Shown: positions 31,585 through 47,799 of the stretch, piece by piece
How positions within the stretch are numbered: position 1 is the stretch's first letter
Layout of the letters: each line of letters starts with the position of its first letter
NCBI GenBank assembly: GCA_009914755.4
Contig: CP068257.2
Span: 34,720,001 to 34,784,000 of the forward strand
DNA: 64,000 nt
Direction of reading: 5' to 3'
Source of the DNA: the human T2T-CHM13v2.0 reference genome, Homo sapiens
Program-made: the position numbers and the translations under genes
The notes under the pieces: generated by a model
Told to the model about the DNA's origin: nothing
The model's input: only the letters and a program-made list of their open reading frames with translations
Database searches by the model: none

Positions 31585-32473
31585 CTTGAAACGGAGACTT
31601 TCTACTCGTTCCTCAATTTTGAATGCAAAGAATCGGAGATTGAGTAGTCAGTTTGAAAATTCAGTTTATAAAGGTGATGATGATGATGAAGATGTCATCA
31701 TCTTAGAAGAAAACAGTACCCCCAAACCTGCAGTAGATCATGATATTGACATGAAATCAGAACAGAGTCACGTTGAGCAAGGTGGTGTTCAGGTTGAGTT
31801 TGTGGGTGACAGTGAACCTTGTGGCCAGACTGGTTCAACAAGCACCTCATCATCCCGATGCGACCAGGGAAATACTGCAGCTACCCAGACTGAAGTACCA
31901 AGTTTAGTTGTTAAAAAAGAAGAAACTGTTGAAGACGAGATAGACGTAAGAAATGATGCAGTGATTCTGCCCTCCTGTGTAGAAGCTGAAGCAAAGATAC
32001 ATGAAACCCAGGAAACCACCGATAAATCTGCAGATGATGCAGGCTGCCAATTACAAGAACTGAGAAACCAGCTACTCCTTGTCACTGAGGAAAAAGAGAA
32101 TTATAAAAGACAGTGTCATATGTTTACTGATCAAATCAAAGTGTTACAACAGAGGATACTAGAAATGAATGACAAGTATGTTAAGAAAGAAACTTGCCAT
32201 CAGTCCACTGAAACCGATGCTGTATTTTTACTTGAAAGTATTAATGGCAAATCTGAAAGTCCAGACCATATGGTATCTCAGTATCAGCAAGCTTTGGAAG
32301 AAATAGAAAGGCTGAAAAAACAATGTAGTGCTTTGCAACATGTAAAGGCTGAATGCAGCCAGTGTTCCAATAATGAGAGTAAAAGTGAAATGGATGAGAT
32401 GGCTGTGCAGCTTGACGATGTGTTTAGACAACTGGACAAATGCAGTATTGAGAGGGACCAGTATAAAAGTGAG
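31585..32473 (+). CDS. MORC3: MORC3 large coding exon (889 nt): (S)[10 protein letters not shown]…acidic/Ser-rich linker…coiled coil…[11 protein letters not shown]
   Basis: Acceptor ttttttcAG|C at 31583-31584. Donor AGT GAG|GTGAGT at 32474. Identical to the 318-aa ORF 31565..32521 between the splice sites. Confidence 0.9.
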
Positions 32474-32542
32474 GTGAGTTATATCATCCAACATGTAGTC
32501 ATGGAGTCCAGGGCCATTTAAACCTTAAGAAGCTGCCAGTTG

Positions 32543-32812
32543 GCTGGGCGCGGTGGCTCATACCTGTAATCCCACCACTTGGGGAGGCCAAGGCGGGTGG
32601 GTCAGTCACTTGAGGTCAAGGAGTTCGAGACCAGCCTGGACAAAATGGTGAAACCCCGTTTCTACTAAAAATACAAAAATTAGCCTAGCGTGGTGGTGGG
32701 AGGCTGAGGCAGGAGAATCACTTGAACCCAGGAGGCGGAGGCTGCCGTGAGCCAAGATTGCACCACCACATTCCAGCCTGGGCAACAGAGCGAGACTCTG
32801 TCTCAAAAAAAA
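32543..32812 (+). mobile_element. Alu (internal deletion), about 70 nt downstream of the large MORC3 exon
   Basis: ggctgggcgcggtggctcatacctgtaatcccaccacttggggaggccaaggcggg…poly(A). Confidence 0.9.
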
Positions 32813-33189
32813 GCTGCCAATTGCTTGATTGGAATGCTTTCACTTAAAAATAATTCTGTTCTTATTGAGTGTCTGTTATTCTACTGGTTCTCAACTGAGG
32901 AGAGGGCCTCCTGGAGGCATATGGAATTGTGTAGGGGCATTTTTGGTTCTTCCAATGTCTTGAGATGTGCATTCCTGAAAAATATTAGGGGTAGCCAGGT
33001 ATGGTAAATGTCCTGTTCAGAATACCAATATTAACTTAATACCTCATTAATACAGTTAATTATGTTCTTTTTTGGGCATCAATTCTGCTTTTAAGTATAG
33101 TTAATCCTTTAGTTATGGAGTCATTCATTTTTCTAGATTATGTCTTTCAAGATTCCTGAGAGAAACTGACTTATCCCTTTTAAAATCTT

Positions 33190-33552
<363 letters not shown>

Positions 33553-34384
33553 GAGTTGCTTGTGTTCTGACTATCAGAACTGAGTCATCTGGCTAAAGGG
33601 TGCCTGGGAAATGCAGTCTTTATGCATGGGTTCTTCTACTGAGAAAGAAGGAGAAAAACGATAAATACCAAGAGACAAATGATAAATATCAGTAGCCTCT
33701 TCATATGCCCCTACTTCAAATTCAGGTAGCTCCTTTTAATCTATTTTATACATTTTTGTGTGTGAGGCCTTTGAAAGGATTTTCCTGCTAAAAAGAGTTT
33801 GGGAACCATGGTGTGGTGCTGTGCTGTCTCTTCCTTGGGAATATTTGCTACTCATGCAAACACTAATCTTGATGTCTTGGCTCAGGAGTTGAATGACAAA
33901 ATACAGATGCTCCTCAACTTATGATGGTGTCAGTCCTGAAAAACCCATCATAGGTTGGAAACAGCATTAACTCCAACATTCATTTAATTACAGCCAACCT
34001 CCCAAAATCTTAGCCTAGCCTAACCTGCCTTTAAAGTGCTCAGAACACTTGTGTTAGCCTACATTTGGGCAAAATCATCTAACACAAAGTCTGGTTTATT
34101 ACAACATACTGAGTATTTCATGTAATGTATTGAATCTGTGCTGAAAATGAAAAACAGAATGATTGTATTGGTATGCAAAGTGTGGTTTCTATAGAATGCA
34201 TATAACTTTCACACCATCATAAAGCTGGAAAATCATAAAGTCAAACCGTTGTAAGTCAGGGACCATCTGTTTATAAAAAGCATAAACTCATTATTGTAAC
34301 TTAATTATAAGCTGATGAGTATGCAAGAAATAAAAACCACTGTGACATTAACATAATTTAGGCATTAGTATCTTGGTTTTTCTG

Positions 34385-34698
<314 letters not shown>

Positions 34699-34957
34699 TT
34701 TTTCATTTTCTAGGTACCACTTTTTTTTTTAAATCAAGTGGTAATATGTTGTATTCTCTCAGTGTAAAAAGATGTAGAAGTGAAGCTGTAAACGAATGAA
34801 GCCTTGTTTATAGAAAACTACTGGTTTTTCTTTGTGTATTTGTTTTTTGATAGTTGATAATGTTATCAAGCAGGTTCTCTATATTAGCTTGAAATTTCAC
34901 TTTGCCATTAGTATTTTTAAGTTTTACAGTTATAAAGCTCATTTATATTTTTGTTAG

Positions 34958-35115
34958 GTTGAATTGCTGGAAATGGAAAAGTCACAAATCCGTTCACAGT
35001 GTGAAGAACTCAAAACTGAAGTAGAACAGTTAAAATCTACAAATCAACAGACGGCAACAGATGTTTCAACATCAAGTAACATTGAGGAGTCTGTAAATCA
35101 TATGGATGGAGAAAG
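34958..35115 (+). CDS. MORC3: MORC3 coding exon (coiled coil): [52 protein letters not shown](S)
   Basis: Acceptor tttttgttAG|GTT at 34956-34957. Donor GAA AG|GTAATA at 35116. Confidence 0.85.
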
Positions 35116-35628
35116 GTAATATTAAATGAGGCGTTTTTGTGGGGCTGCAATTATGGTTAGGATACTATTTATTTTTATCTGCTAGCACCCATCAAATAGA
35201 TACTGTTCTGTCAAAAGAAGTTATTGATGGTCTGCTGTGACCCTGGTGTTATGATAGATAAAAAAGAAGTGACACTTCATTATCCTTCCTTTCCAGTTTC
35301 TGACCCTTTAGGTTCTATTTAAGTGGAATAGGAATTTAGAAGGGATAAAGCATTTGATTGGTCAGAGTGGTTTTAGAATGCTTTTTGAAGGAAAATAAAA
35401 ATGGACAAGATATTGAAGAATAGGGGGAATTTGGCCATGAGTAGAAGACAGGAGACTTTTACTGAAACTCACTCCTTCAACCTGTTTTTCTTTTATTGTC
35501 GTACTTGGTACCATGTCTTTATGGCTTGCTGTCCTTATTTCACTGTATGCTCACTCTAATCTTTTAGGAAATTGCAAAATTATTAAAAATTGCCATAGTA
35601 CAGATGATATTAGGAAGAAGTCCTATTA

Positions 35629-36220
<592 letters not shown>

Positions 36221-36638
36221 GCTGGTATGGGAACGATTAAAGTATTATCAAAGGTCTAGTGGACTCTTACCATAAAAGCTCACAAAAAAACATGCTCAAA
36301 ATCACATTCTCCGCATTATCAGACTAAGGAAGAACATCTTGATCCCTTCATAGATTTCCACTCGAGAAAAATCAGTATCTAAATTAAATATGGACTTATT
36401 ATATTGTAGTGGGGTAGGGAACAAGAACAACTGTAACACTCATTTTATGTGTTTGCCATAATATTTGAAGCAAAAGCTGCCTTACAGTTTAGGTGTTTAT
36501 TGCTTAAATACTTTTGGGCATTTTTTAAAAAGTCTAGAATGTTGATATTCATAAACTTGGAAGGCATAATTATCTTAATCTATGGTTTCCCAGTGTTTTC
36601 AGCAAACCATTGTTCTCTGTAAATGCACGGTAACTTAA

Positions 36639-36975
<337 letters not shown>

Positions 36976-37094
36976 AAAAAAAAAGCTGCTTTAACATTGT
37001 TTAACACAATGTTTTGCAAGCTTATTTGACCACAGAACCTTTTATTACCTCTTACACAACTATGGATATCTTATAGAACATGTTTTAGATAATT

Positions 37095-37555
37095 CTGGCT
37101 AAGCATGGTGGTTCATGCCTGTAATCCCAGCACTCTGAGGTGGGCAGAATGCTTGATTGAGCCCAGGAGTTTGAGACCAGCCTGGGCAATATAGTGAAAC
37201 CCCATTGCTACAAATAATAATAATAAAAATTAACCGGGCATGGTGGTGTGGGCCTGTGCTTCCAGCTACTCAGGAGGCTGAGGTGGGAGAATTGCGTGAA
37301 CCCTGGAGAGCAGTGGTGCCATCGCAGCTCACTGCAGCCTTGACCTCCTGGGCTCAGGTGATCCCCCACCTCACCCTCTTGAGAAGCTGAGACTACAGGT
37401 GTCGTCACCAAGCCCGGCTAATATTTTGTGTTTTTAGTAGAGTCAGGGTTTCACCATGTTGGCCAGGCTGGTCTCGAACTCCTGGGCTCCAGCGATCTCC
37501 CTCCTCGGCTTCACAAATGCTGGGAATACAGGCATGGGCAAGTGCACCTGACTCA
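37095..37555. mobile_element. Abutting inverted Alu pair (sense 37095-37310, antisense 37313-37555) about 170 nt upstream of the MORC3 last-exon acceptor
   Basis: ggctaagcatggtggttcatgcctgtaatcccagcactc…ctcaggaggctgaggtgggagaattgcgtgaaccctggag | agcagtggtgccatcgcagctcactgcagccttgacctcctggg…ggaatacaggcatgggcaagtgcacctg. Confidence 0.85.
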
Positions 37556-37726
37556 TAAAAGTGAATTATTAAAGTAAATTGAGTTCTCTAGGGGAGGTTT
37601 TGCTTTTCCTTTTGTTTAATTGTATATTATTCTACGGAGATTTGATTTTGATATTTTACTTTTTAAGGTCTACATGAATCTTAACTTGTAATGCTCATCT
37701 AATAAGTTACATATTTGTATTTGCAG

Positions 37727-37880
37727 CCTCAAACTCCGATCTCTTCGAGTTAACGTAGGACAACTGCTGGCTATGATTGTGCCTGATCTTGATCTTCAGC
37801 AAGTGAATTACGATGTTGATGTAGTTGATGAGATTTTAGGACAAGTTGTTGAACAAATGAGTGAAATCAGTAGTACTTAA
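37727..37880 (+). CDS. MORC3: MORC3 terminal coding segment: (S)[50 protein letters not shown]
   Basis: Acceptor tatttgcAG|C at 37725-37726. In-frame stop TAA at 37878-37880. Phase joins the previous exon's AG+C to give Ser. Confidence 0.85.
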
Positions 37881-39078
37881 AGTATATGTTATGTAAGATA
37901 AAATATTTGCTCAATTCTTTTGGTTGTACAGCTTTCAAAATATAATTAATTTTGTTTTATAGATATGATAGGCAACAGACTGAAAACCATAATCTTTACT
38001 GTATTCTATGCATTCAAATGTGGTCACAAATATTGTGGACACATTATCTTATGTTTTGAAATACCTGTGAATTGTTGGCATTGAGCAGCTGAAGCTAACT
38101 CATGACTCTGTTTTGAATGTAAATATTTGTAATTAAGCCTGCACATATTTTTTTATTGCCCTAGAGTACTCAAGTGTTTTTCACCAAGAGCTTTTCAGGT
38201 TGCCCCTAAGCTTTGTGCAATTTTTTCTGGTTCCCCAAAGTGTATTTTTCTCTAAGTCGAGGGCTATGCCATAATACAAATGGAAATGTTACCTTTGATT
38301 TTCTTATAAAGGAGTTTAAATAGGATTTTTAAATAATGTAGTAACACTCCTGATACAACTCTGGTTATAAGTGAATTGAGCATTAATGTTTCTTTTGTAT
38401 AAATTCCTGTCCTGAAATATTTTATTCATGAAAATAAGGTAAGCAAAAACCAACTCCATTTTGCCAGGATTTTGTTGTGCTGAGATTGCCAATCACGGTT
38501 AAACACAAAGTGTTTTTATAGAATGAAGAAACAGTCTTTAACAGAAAAAAGGTATTGAAATATTAAATGGCCACCAAGTTTACTTTGAAGCCCATTTTTG
38601 GCTGTTTAGTCAGCATGAAGTGGGCATGATAATTTTTTAATATTTCTTTTTGTGAAATTTCCTGTACAGCCTTTTGTAGGATTACTACAGGTTAATGTGA
38701 GTTGAGGAAGACAGTCTTTCTCAAACAATACTACATACCTTTTATTATATTACAAACCTAAGTGTTTTATATCCTAGAGTCAAGGAACAAATTTCCTTAG
38801 GATTATAGTATTACATGCCATAAAATACTATGCTTTATTGGTCCCATGTTTTGTGCAATTTTAAAGAGATGGCTTTCTATTAAGTATAAACTATGTATAT
38901 ATAAGAACCATATTTTCCACAACTAAAATGTGCATTATTTTTTCCAAAGTTTTATCATTGCTATTTATTTTTACCTTTGTTTTTGAACATTCAATCCGTT
39001 CATTTTGTATGTATGCTTAATACGTGTCGGTCATATACAGTATTGAATTTTTACTGTATAGTAATTCTGGAAAGAGCA

Positions 39079-39084
39079 AATAAA
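39079..39084 (+). terminator. MORC3: Candidate proximal polyadenylation signal AATAAA
   Basis: AATAAA hexamer in the 3'UTR. Confidence 0.35.
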
Positions 39085-39189
39085 TGAAGATTGTTTTTAT
39101 TTGCCTGATAAAGTAATTGAAAGTGTATTTTTGGTATGAAGCTGGTTTTCTGTCACAATTGTAATTTCCCAAATTTTAAAATATCTTAT

Positions 39190-39200
39190 AATAAAATAAA
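39190..39200 (+). terminator. MORC3: Candidate distal polyadenylation signal (overlapping AATAAAATAAA)
   Basis: Two overlapping AATAAA hexamers about 1.3 kb after the stop codon. Confidence 0.5.
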
Positions 39201-39251
39201 AATATATGATGGCTAACTGTTCAAATGCTACTTTTAAAGACTTAATATTAA

Positions 39252-39708
<457 letters not shown>

Positions 39709-40209
39709 GGACTTTTCTTTGTATAAATCATTTACTCTAGAGAAACCTTGCCTAAATAATAGCAGCTATGTAAATCATATGTAAGTTTTGTGAATATCTA
39801 ACTCATGCAGTGGTTCTTTTTGGAATTTGCTATTTTTCCCTTCCTTTTGGCCAGCTTCTCTATGTATTCTTGCAAAAATATTTCCTGTAGCTGTCTGGCT
39901 TGATGGGAAAATTAATCATGGGATTAGTAAGAGAAACTTGCTTGCTAAATTGATTCTTTGGAAGCACTTAGATACTTTTTGCTCTTTATGAAGATATTGA
40001 AGTATTGCCAAGATATGAGACTTCGAAAATGTGGCTCACAGTTGCAGACAGAACAACTGTTGTTTAACAGAACAACGTGGGCTTTCATGATGTATGTACC
40101 TTTCTCTTTCTTTTGTTGCATGTGGGGGACAGTATTGCTTCAACTAATGTTTATTACTTTAAAACACGAAAGGTATGAGGAAGTAAACCAAAACAGTCCA
40201 CAGTCTTCA

Positions 40210-40600
40210 AACAGGACCTAGGGTGGCAAAATCAGTGAAAGCTGAGTGAGCACACAGAGCAGGAGGGCATGGCACGTCCCTGTGTGCTTCCTTTGGGCCT
40301 CAAATTCTTCATGTGGCAGGTCCAGTTGGTGACGCTGCCTGTGATCTCAGACGCTTGATTCTTGCTGTCACATAAGACGTCTTAAACTTGGGTCATACAT
40401 CATTGAGGAATCATTTAAGTTCTCACCTCTGGCTGCGTAGTAGAATTACTTGGGGAGTTTTTTAAACTCCCAAAGTCAGGCTGCACCTCACGTTAATTAA
40501 GTCAGCGTCCTTGGGGTTAGACCCAGATAACAGTATTTTTCAAGGCCTCCCGGGTTAATTCCAGTGCACCATCAGAGCCAAGCACTGTTGAGTTGTGTCT
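40210..40600 (+). repeat. Possible ancient MER-type (hAT-like) interspersed repeat fragment
   Basis: Family-typical motifs: …ttacttggggagttttttaaactcccaaagtcaggctgcacctc… and gcaccatcagagccaagcactgttg. Confidence 0.25.
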
Positions 40601-40999
40601 TCTGTTGAGTATTTATAAATGTTGAACTTGAGTGGTTCACGAAACAAACGGGATCAGCATATCCACTTTCTCACTGGGGCAAGCAGGGGGAGGGAGGGGA
40701 AGCAGAGCGGTGCCCCGGTAGAGATGTAAATGAACAGTGAAAAGACTTTCTCCACGGCCTCTAAAGGTAACCACTATTGGCTTTTGTGTGCATACATGCA
40801 CACATTCATGTGTATGTATTTTATTTACATTAAATTGCGTATATTTGTGTCGATATTTACACAGTGGGATTATACCATATAATTGATAACTAAACATTTC
40901 CATATCATTCTTTCAAAAAGCTTAAGTAACATTTCATCATAGGAATATGCTCCTAATGGTTACTTACTTACTTACTTTTCGTTAGAAAGAATATACTGG

Positions 41000-41321
<322 letters not shown>

Positions 41322-41715
41322 TTAAATCCAGAGTGTAAATTGTTAACAGTGAATATTGATAGGTCAAAGAATGTATGCCATGTACATTTAAATAAATATT
41401 GCCATCCAAAAAAAGGTTGCAGGAATTTATACTTAGGATGAGTAATAAATATGAGTGTTTTCCTCAAAGTCTCTCAAACTTACTTTTGCTAATTTGATAT
41501 GTGAAAATATGACAGCTGACATTTGTCTCAGTCCTTACATTGGCCATTTTAATTTTCTGTGTTTTATACATGTTCTTTGCCTATTCTTTTCCACTGTGTT
41601 CTTGTCTTCTTGCTGTAAAGAAGCTGAAAGCTTGTGTTAATTTGGCCACACACCACCCAAAAACTACCCAGACACACTACCCATTTCTTCCTATTTCAGA
41701 AAATCCACAGTAGGT

Positions 41716-41717
41716 TG

Positions 41718-41755
<38 letters not shown>

Positions 41756-42036
41756 AGACAGGGTTTCATTCTGTTGCCCAGGCTAGAGTGCAGTGGTGTG
41801 ATCATGGCTTACTGCAGCCTCAACCTCCGAGGCCCAAATGCTCCAGCTGCCTCAGCCTCCCGAGTAGCTGGCACTAGAGGCGTGCACCACCATGCCCAGC
41901 TAATTTTTCTATTTTTTGTAGAGATGGGGTTTCGCCATGTCCAGGCTGGTCTTAAGCTCCTGGACTCAAGCAGTCCACCCTTCTGGGCCTCCCAAATTGT
42001 TGGGATTACAGGCATTTGAGCCACCGCGCCTGACTG
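41716..42036 (-). mobile_element. Alu (antisense) with a 38-nt poly(T)
   Basis: T(38) gagacagggtttcattctgttgcccaggctagagtgcagtgg…ggattacaggcatttgagccaccgcgcctgac. Confidence 0.9.
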
Positions 42037-42371
42037 GTTAAGTCCTATTTTGTGCAGTGTCTCATAAACAGGGACTCACTGAAGTGGCTTGAAAATCTAA
42101 ATAGAATCCTATCTGCATATTTGTCTGTTGAATGTTGGTCACAGCTCACAAGATGAATGCTGTTAATATCTGATTGGCGTAGAGGAAAAAATAAATCTGT
42201 TGCTTTTTAGAATTGTCTATTGATCACAGAGTTAACTTTCACATACTAGCCTGTAGGAAGAAAGTCTGGTTAAGAGTTAACAAGAAACCTTTTAAAGCCA
42301 CAATTTCTTAGAGAGTCATCAGGACTCAATGTCTTGGTAACAAGACAGAATAAATTTAAATTTGAATATAA

Positions 42372-42772
<401 letters not shown>

Positions 42773-43064
42773 TGGCTGTATCTTCATAACAAAATGTAAT
42801 GGTGTTTTATATTCACAAAGGAGTCAAGTCTTCCTAATCTCCCATGGGGTTCCTGTTGGAAGTGAGGCTCTTGGTTTGTACTGTGATCTGAACCATGACT
42901 GAATTAAGGTAATTTGAGTATAGAATTTTTTCTGTTCTAGGCAATTGTCTCTTGTTTTGTGACTCCCTTGGTGGGAATCTCTCTCAAAATGTGATATTCA
43001 TGGAGGCAACTGAAGTACCAGCAAGCTTGTCCAACCTGCCTTGCTTGGTTGTGTTTTTTTAGTT

Positions 43065-43465
43065 TTTTTTCCCCAGGCTGGTCTCAAGAACTTCTGGGCT
43101 CAAGGGATCTGCTCACATTGGCCTCCCAAAGTGTTGGGATTACAGGCATGAACCACTGCTTCTGGCTTTAAATATATATATATTTTTTGAGACAGGCTCT
43201 TGCTTTGTCACCCAGGCTCGAGTAGCAGTGGCGCGATCACAGCTCACTACAGCCGCAATCTCCCGGGCTCAGGTAATCCTCCCACCTCAGCCTCCTGGGT
43301 AGCCAGGACCACAGGCACACACCACTATGCCCAGCTAATTTTCGTATTTTTTGTGGAGACAGATTTTTGACTTGTTGCCCAGGCTGGTCTCAAAATTCCT
43401 GGGCTCAAGCGATGCACTCCCCCACCTCTTAACCTCCTAAAGTGTGGGGATTACAGGAATGAGCC
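43065..43465 (-). mobile_element. Antisense Alu left-monomer fragment (43065-43166) then a full antisense Alu (43185-43465)
   Basis: …cccaggctggtctcaagaacttctgggctcaag…ggcatgaaccactgcttctggc; tttttgagacaggctcttgctttgtcacccaggctcgagtagcagtggcgcg…ggaatgagccc. Confidence 0.8.
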
Positions 43466-43673
43466 CTAACTTAGGGTTTTGTTTTTTTTGTTTGTTTGTT
43501 TTTCTGTACTCTGTATACTCCAGGGTATTTCAGATGTAAGGTATTTCAATACATCTAATAAATTTCCTGGTCTAGACTTGGTGACAGCCATTTCTCCAAA
43601 AGTTCTGCTTCATTTTGTGGGAAATGCTATTTGAAGATAATAATCTAGGCACAGATATAGTCATTGTTTCTAG

Positions 43674-44030
<357 letters not shown>

Positions 44031-44283
44031 TAGTAGACTGAACTAAAAGAGACTATAATATAGTCTCTTTTGCTGAAAATCTGGGTTCCTAACCACACAA
44101 GTATTTGCTCTTCCTAATGTATACATAAATACATAGGTATGCATATATGTAACAATACCAATATTTTCTAGCCATAGTATGACTGAAGGTAAGCTTTCTT
44201 TGGGGTAGTATAAAATTTCTGTGTTTGCCAATCACTTGAAATAATAACTCCTTGTGTGCATCACACACATCCATGTTGCTGCC

Positions 44284-44784
44284 TGTGTCAGTCAGTGTAG
44301 AGTTCTCCAGAAAATCGGAGCCCAATATGATAGATGCAAGAGATTGATCAGGAGGAGTGGCTTAAGTGGTTATGGAGTCTGAGAAGTCCCATGATCTGCT
44401 GTCTGCAAGATGGAGACCCAAGAAAGCCTGTGGTATAACTTAGTCCCACTCCAAAGCCCTGAGAACCAGGGACACCAGTGGCATAAGTCCTGGAGTCAAA
44501 AGACCTGAGAACCAGGAGCTCTGATGTCTGAGGGTGGAAGAGGATGTCCCAACTCAAGAAGAGACAGAATTTGCCCTTCCTCTACTTTTTGTTCTTTTCA
44601 GACTCAACAGGTTGGATGATGCCCCAGATACTGCCCAGGTTGGTGAGGGCGGATCTTCTGTACTCAGTCTACTGATTCAAATGCTAAAGTCTTCCAGAAA
44701 CACCCTCATAGTCAGAAGTAATGTTGACCACCTATCGGGTATGTCTTAGCCCGGGCAAACTGAGGCATAAAATTAACTATCACA
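44284..44784 (+). mobile_element. Solitary LTR, MaLR (MLT1-like)
   Basis: Begins TGTGTCAGTCAG and ends …TATCACAG (TG…CA termini). Matches the common MLT1-type consensus motifs …gagtctgagaagtcccatgatctgctgtctgcaagatggagacccaagaaagc…cccttcctctactttttgttctt…. Confidence 0.5.
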
Positions 44785-45109
44785 GTATTTCTTTTGGATT
44801 ACCGAGTAGAATACCGTGGTATGAATATGGCACAGTCTGATTACCTTTTCTCCTGTGGGTGGACATTTGGTGTCTTTCTAGTTTGGGGCTATTATGGATA
44901 ATGATTCTTGTATGAGTTTGCTTTTGTTTTCCTGATATATATGCCAAGGAGTGGAATTGCTGAGTCATAGGGTAGGCGTATCATTAACTTTATTAGACAG
45001 TGCTGAACAGTTTTCTAAAGTATTTACATCAGTTTACACTTCCACCAGTAGTGTGCCAGAGGTCCCGTTGTTCTCAATCTCCTGTATTGATTTCCGTCAT
45101 TTCTATTTT

Positions 45110-45591
45110 TCTTTTTCTTTCTTTTTTTTTTTTTTTTTTTCAGACTGAGTCTGTTTCTGTCGCCCAGACTGGAGTGCAGTGGCATGATCTTGGCTCACTG
45201 CCCTCTGGGTTCAAGTGATTCTAGTGCCTCAGCCTCCGAGTAGCTGGGATTACAGGCGCCACCACCATGCCTGGCTGTTATTATTATTATTATTATTATT
45301 ATTTTTGAGATGGAGTTCTGCTCTTGTTGCCCAGGCTGGAGTGCAATGGCGCAATCTCGGCTCACTGCAATCTCCGCCTCCCAGGTTGAAACGATTCTCT
45401 GGCCTCAGCCTCCTGAGTAGCTGGGATTACAGGTGCCTGCCACCGCGCCTGACCTATTTTTTCTATTTTTAGTAGAGATGGGGTTTCACCATGTTGGCCA
45501 GGCTGGTCTCAAATTCCTGACCTCAAGTGATCCGCCCGCTTCAGCCTCCCAGATGCTGCAATTACAGGCGTGAGCCACTACGCCTGGCTTC
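45110..45591 (-). mobile_element. Antisense Alu right-arm fragment, then (TTA)n, then a full antisense Alu
   Basis: poly(T) cagactgagtctgtttctgtcgcccagactggagtgcagtggcatg…; tgttattattattattattattatt; tttttgagatggagttctgctcttgttgcccaggctggagtgcaatggcgc…gcgtgagccactacgcctggc. Confidence 0.85.
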
Positions 45592-45611
45592 TCCTAGTTT
45601 TCTTATTCTGA

Positions 45612-45984
<373 letters not shown>

Positions 45985-46203
45985 TGATTTTAGAATGTTC
46001 ACACTTACAAATGGAAATTAAAATGCCTTGAGAAGTTTTTTTTCGAAGCTGAGTTAAGAGTTAGTCCCTTTATATCAATTTTCATTATTAAAAAGTTCTC
46101 AGGAACCAAATAACATTGGTCCCCTTAAATTGAGGCAGTTCTGCTCAAAATGGATGCTTGGGGCCCAAGCTGAACAACAGTGGTTGTTGAGGAATCTAGT
46201 TAG

Positions 46204-46528
<325 letters not shown>

Positions 46529-47799
46529 AGGAATTCTTTAGTCCAACATTTGTGGTGCAAACTTTGAGGTTTTGAACAAATACTTTTTTTTTTTTTTTTT
46601 GAGAAAATATTTGACAGCCCAGGGCCTCTCTCTAGAGCCGCATCCCCTGCCCGTGTTGGCTCATCAAGTTGGCACTGAAGTCGGATCTCTAAAATGTTCG
46701 CCAAGAAAGCCAACTCCTTCATGTACTTTTAATACTTAAAGCATGTGTTTTTATCTTTTAAATCCACAGTTCAGAGTCGTGACACTTCAAGAGGTGGGCA
46801 GATTATTCATTTGTGAATGAACAGCATTTATGAGAAATTTGGAGAAATTTTATGTTTGAGAGACACGAAGAATCCAGAGCTTTCCAAAACAGACTGATGA
46901 TCACACCCACCGGGGAGTTTATGAAAATGCAAGCCCCTGGAGCACGGGCCTCTGCTGGATATTCGGAATCATGGGGCTGAGTAGGGCCAGGAATCTGTAC
47001 TTTTAGAACAGCCATATTATCTAAAGTATATAGTCATTCCCAGTCCAAGCTCTGTAAATCCTGAAGAGAAAAATCTAAAAACTGCATATCCGGATTATGT
47101 TATTCTAGCTTCCTGTAGAAATCAGGCTTCAAGGAGCATACAGCCATTCTCATCAACATGAGACACGGATTTGTAGGCAATTTCTGTACCTTTCATAAAG
47201 CTGGCTAAAAGCATCAGCCGGTATTTATATAAGAATCCATGTCTGTTCTTTTTTTCCAAAAATCCTAGAGCAGTTGGCTCCTCAGATAACCCTGTGTGTT
47301 TCTTTTATCCAGTAAAAGCAGCGCATCCAGAGGTACTTGTTTCCTGGCCTTCTGCGAAGCCCACAGATAAATTAGGTCTCATTTGGAAACGTCCCATTTC
47401 GAAAAGCCTGAGGTATCTATCTCTGCCTACCGACTGATTTACAGCCTCACTTTAAAATGTTAGTCTGTTCTTAAAAAGGGTTTATAACTGCATCTACTAT
47501 AATAATAAAATGTAAGCAACCTTGCGCTAGGTACTGAACAATTTCATAGCTTTGAACTCTCCAAAATGTTCTAGAAGCCAATACAGAAAACCCAAAAATC
47601 TCAGTTTTTGTTTGCAGAAGGGGCAAGAGAACCGGTTGTGTTAGCCCTCCAAGTGCCCAGCGCCAGCATAGGGTCTGTCTAACACACAGCCCAGGCTCTG
47701 TAAACCTTTGCTAAAAGAGCGAATCAACAAGGAATAAGTAATGGATAATAATAAAAAATAATAATGAATCCATTCTTCCTTCGGTCGTGGGTCTGGCAG

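Larger units (their letters stand above)
37881..39222 (+). other. MORC3: MORC3 3' UTR (last exon continues; end approximate)
   Basis: Unique AU-rich sequence after the stop codon with no splice signals. AATAAA hexamers at 39079 and 39190/39195. An Alu begins about 200 nt further on. Confidence 0.55.
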
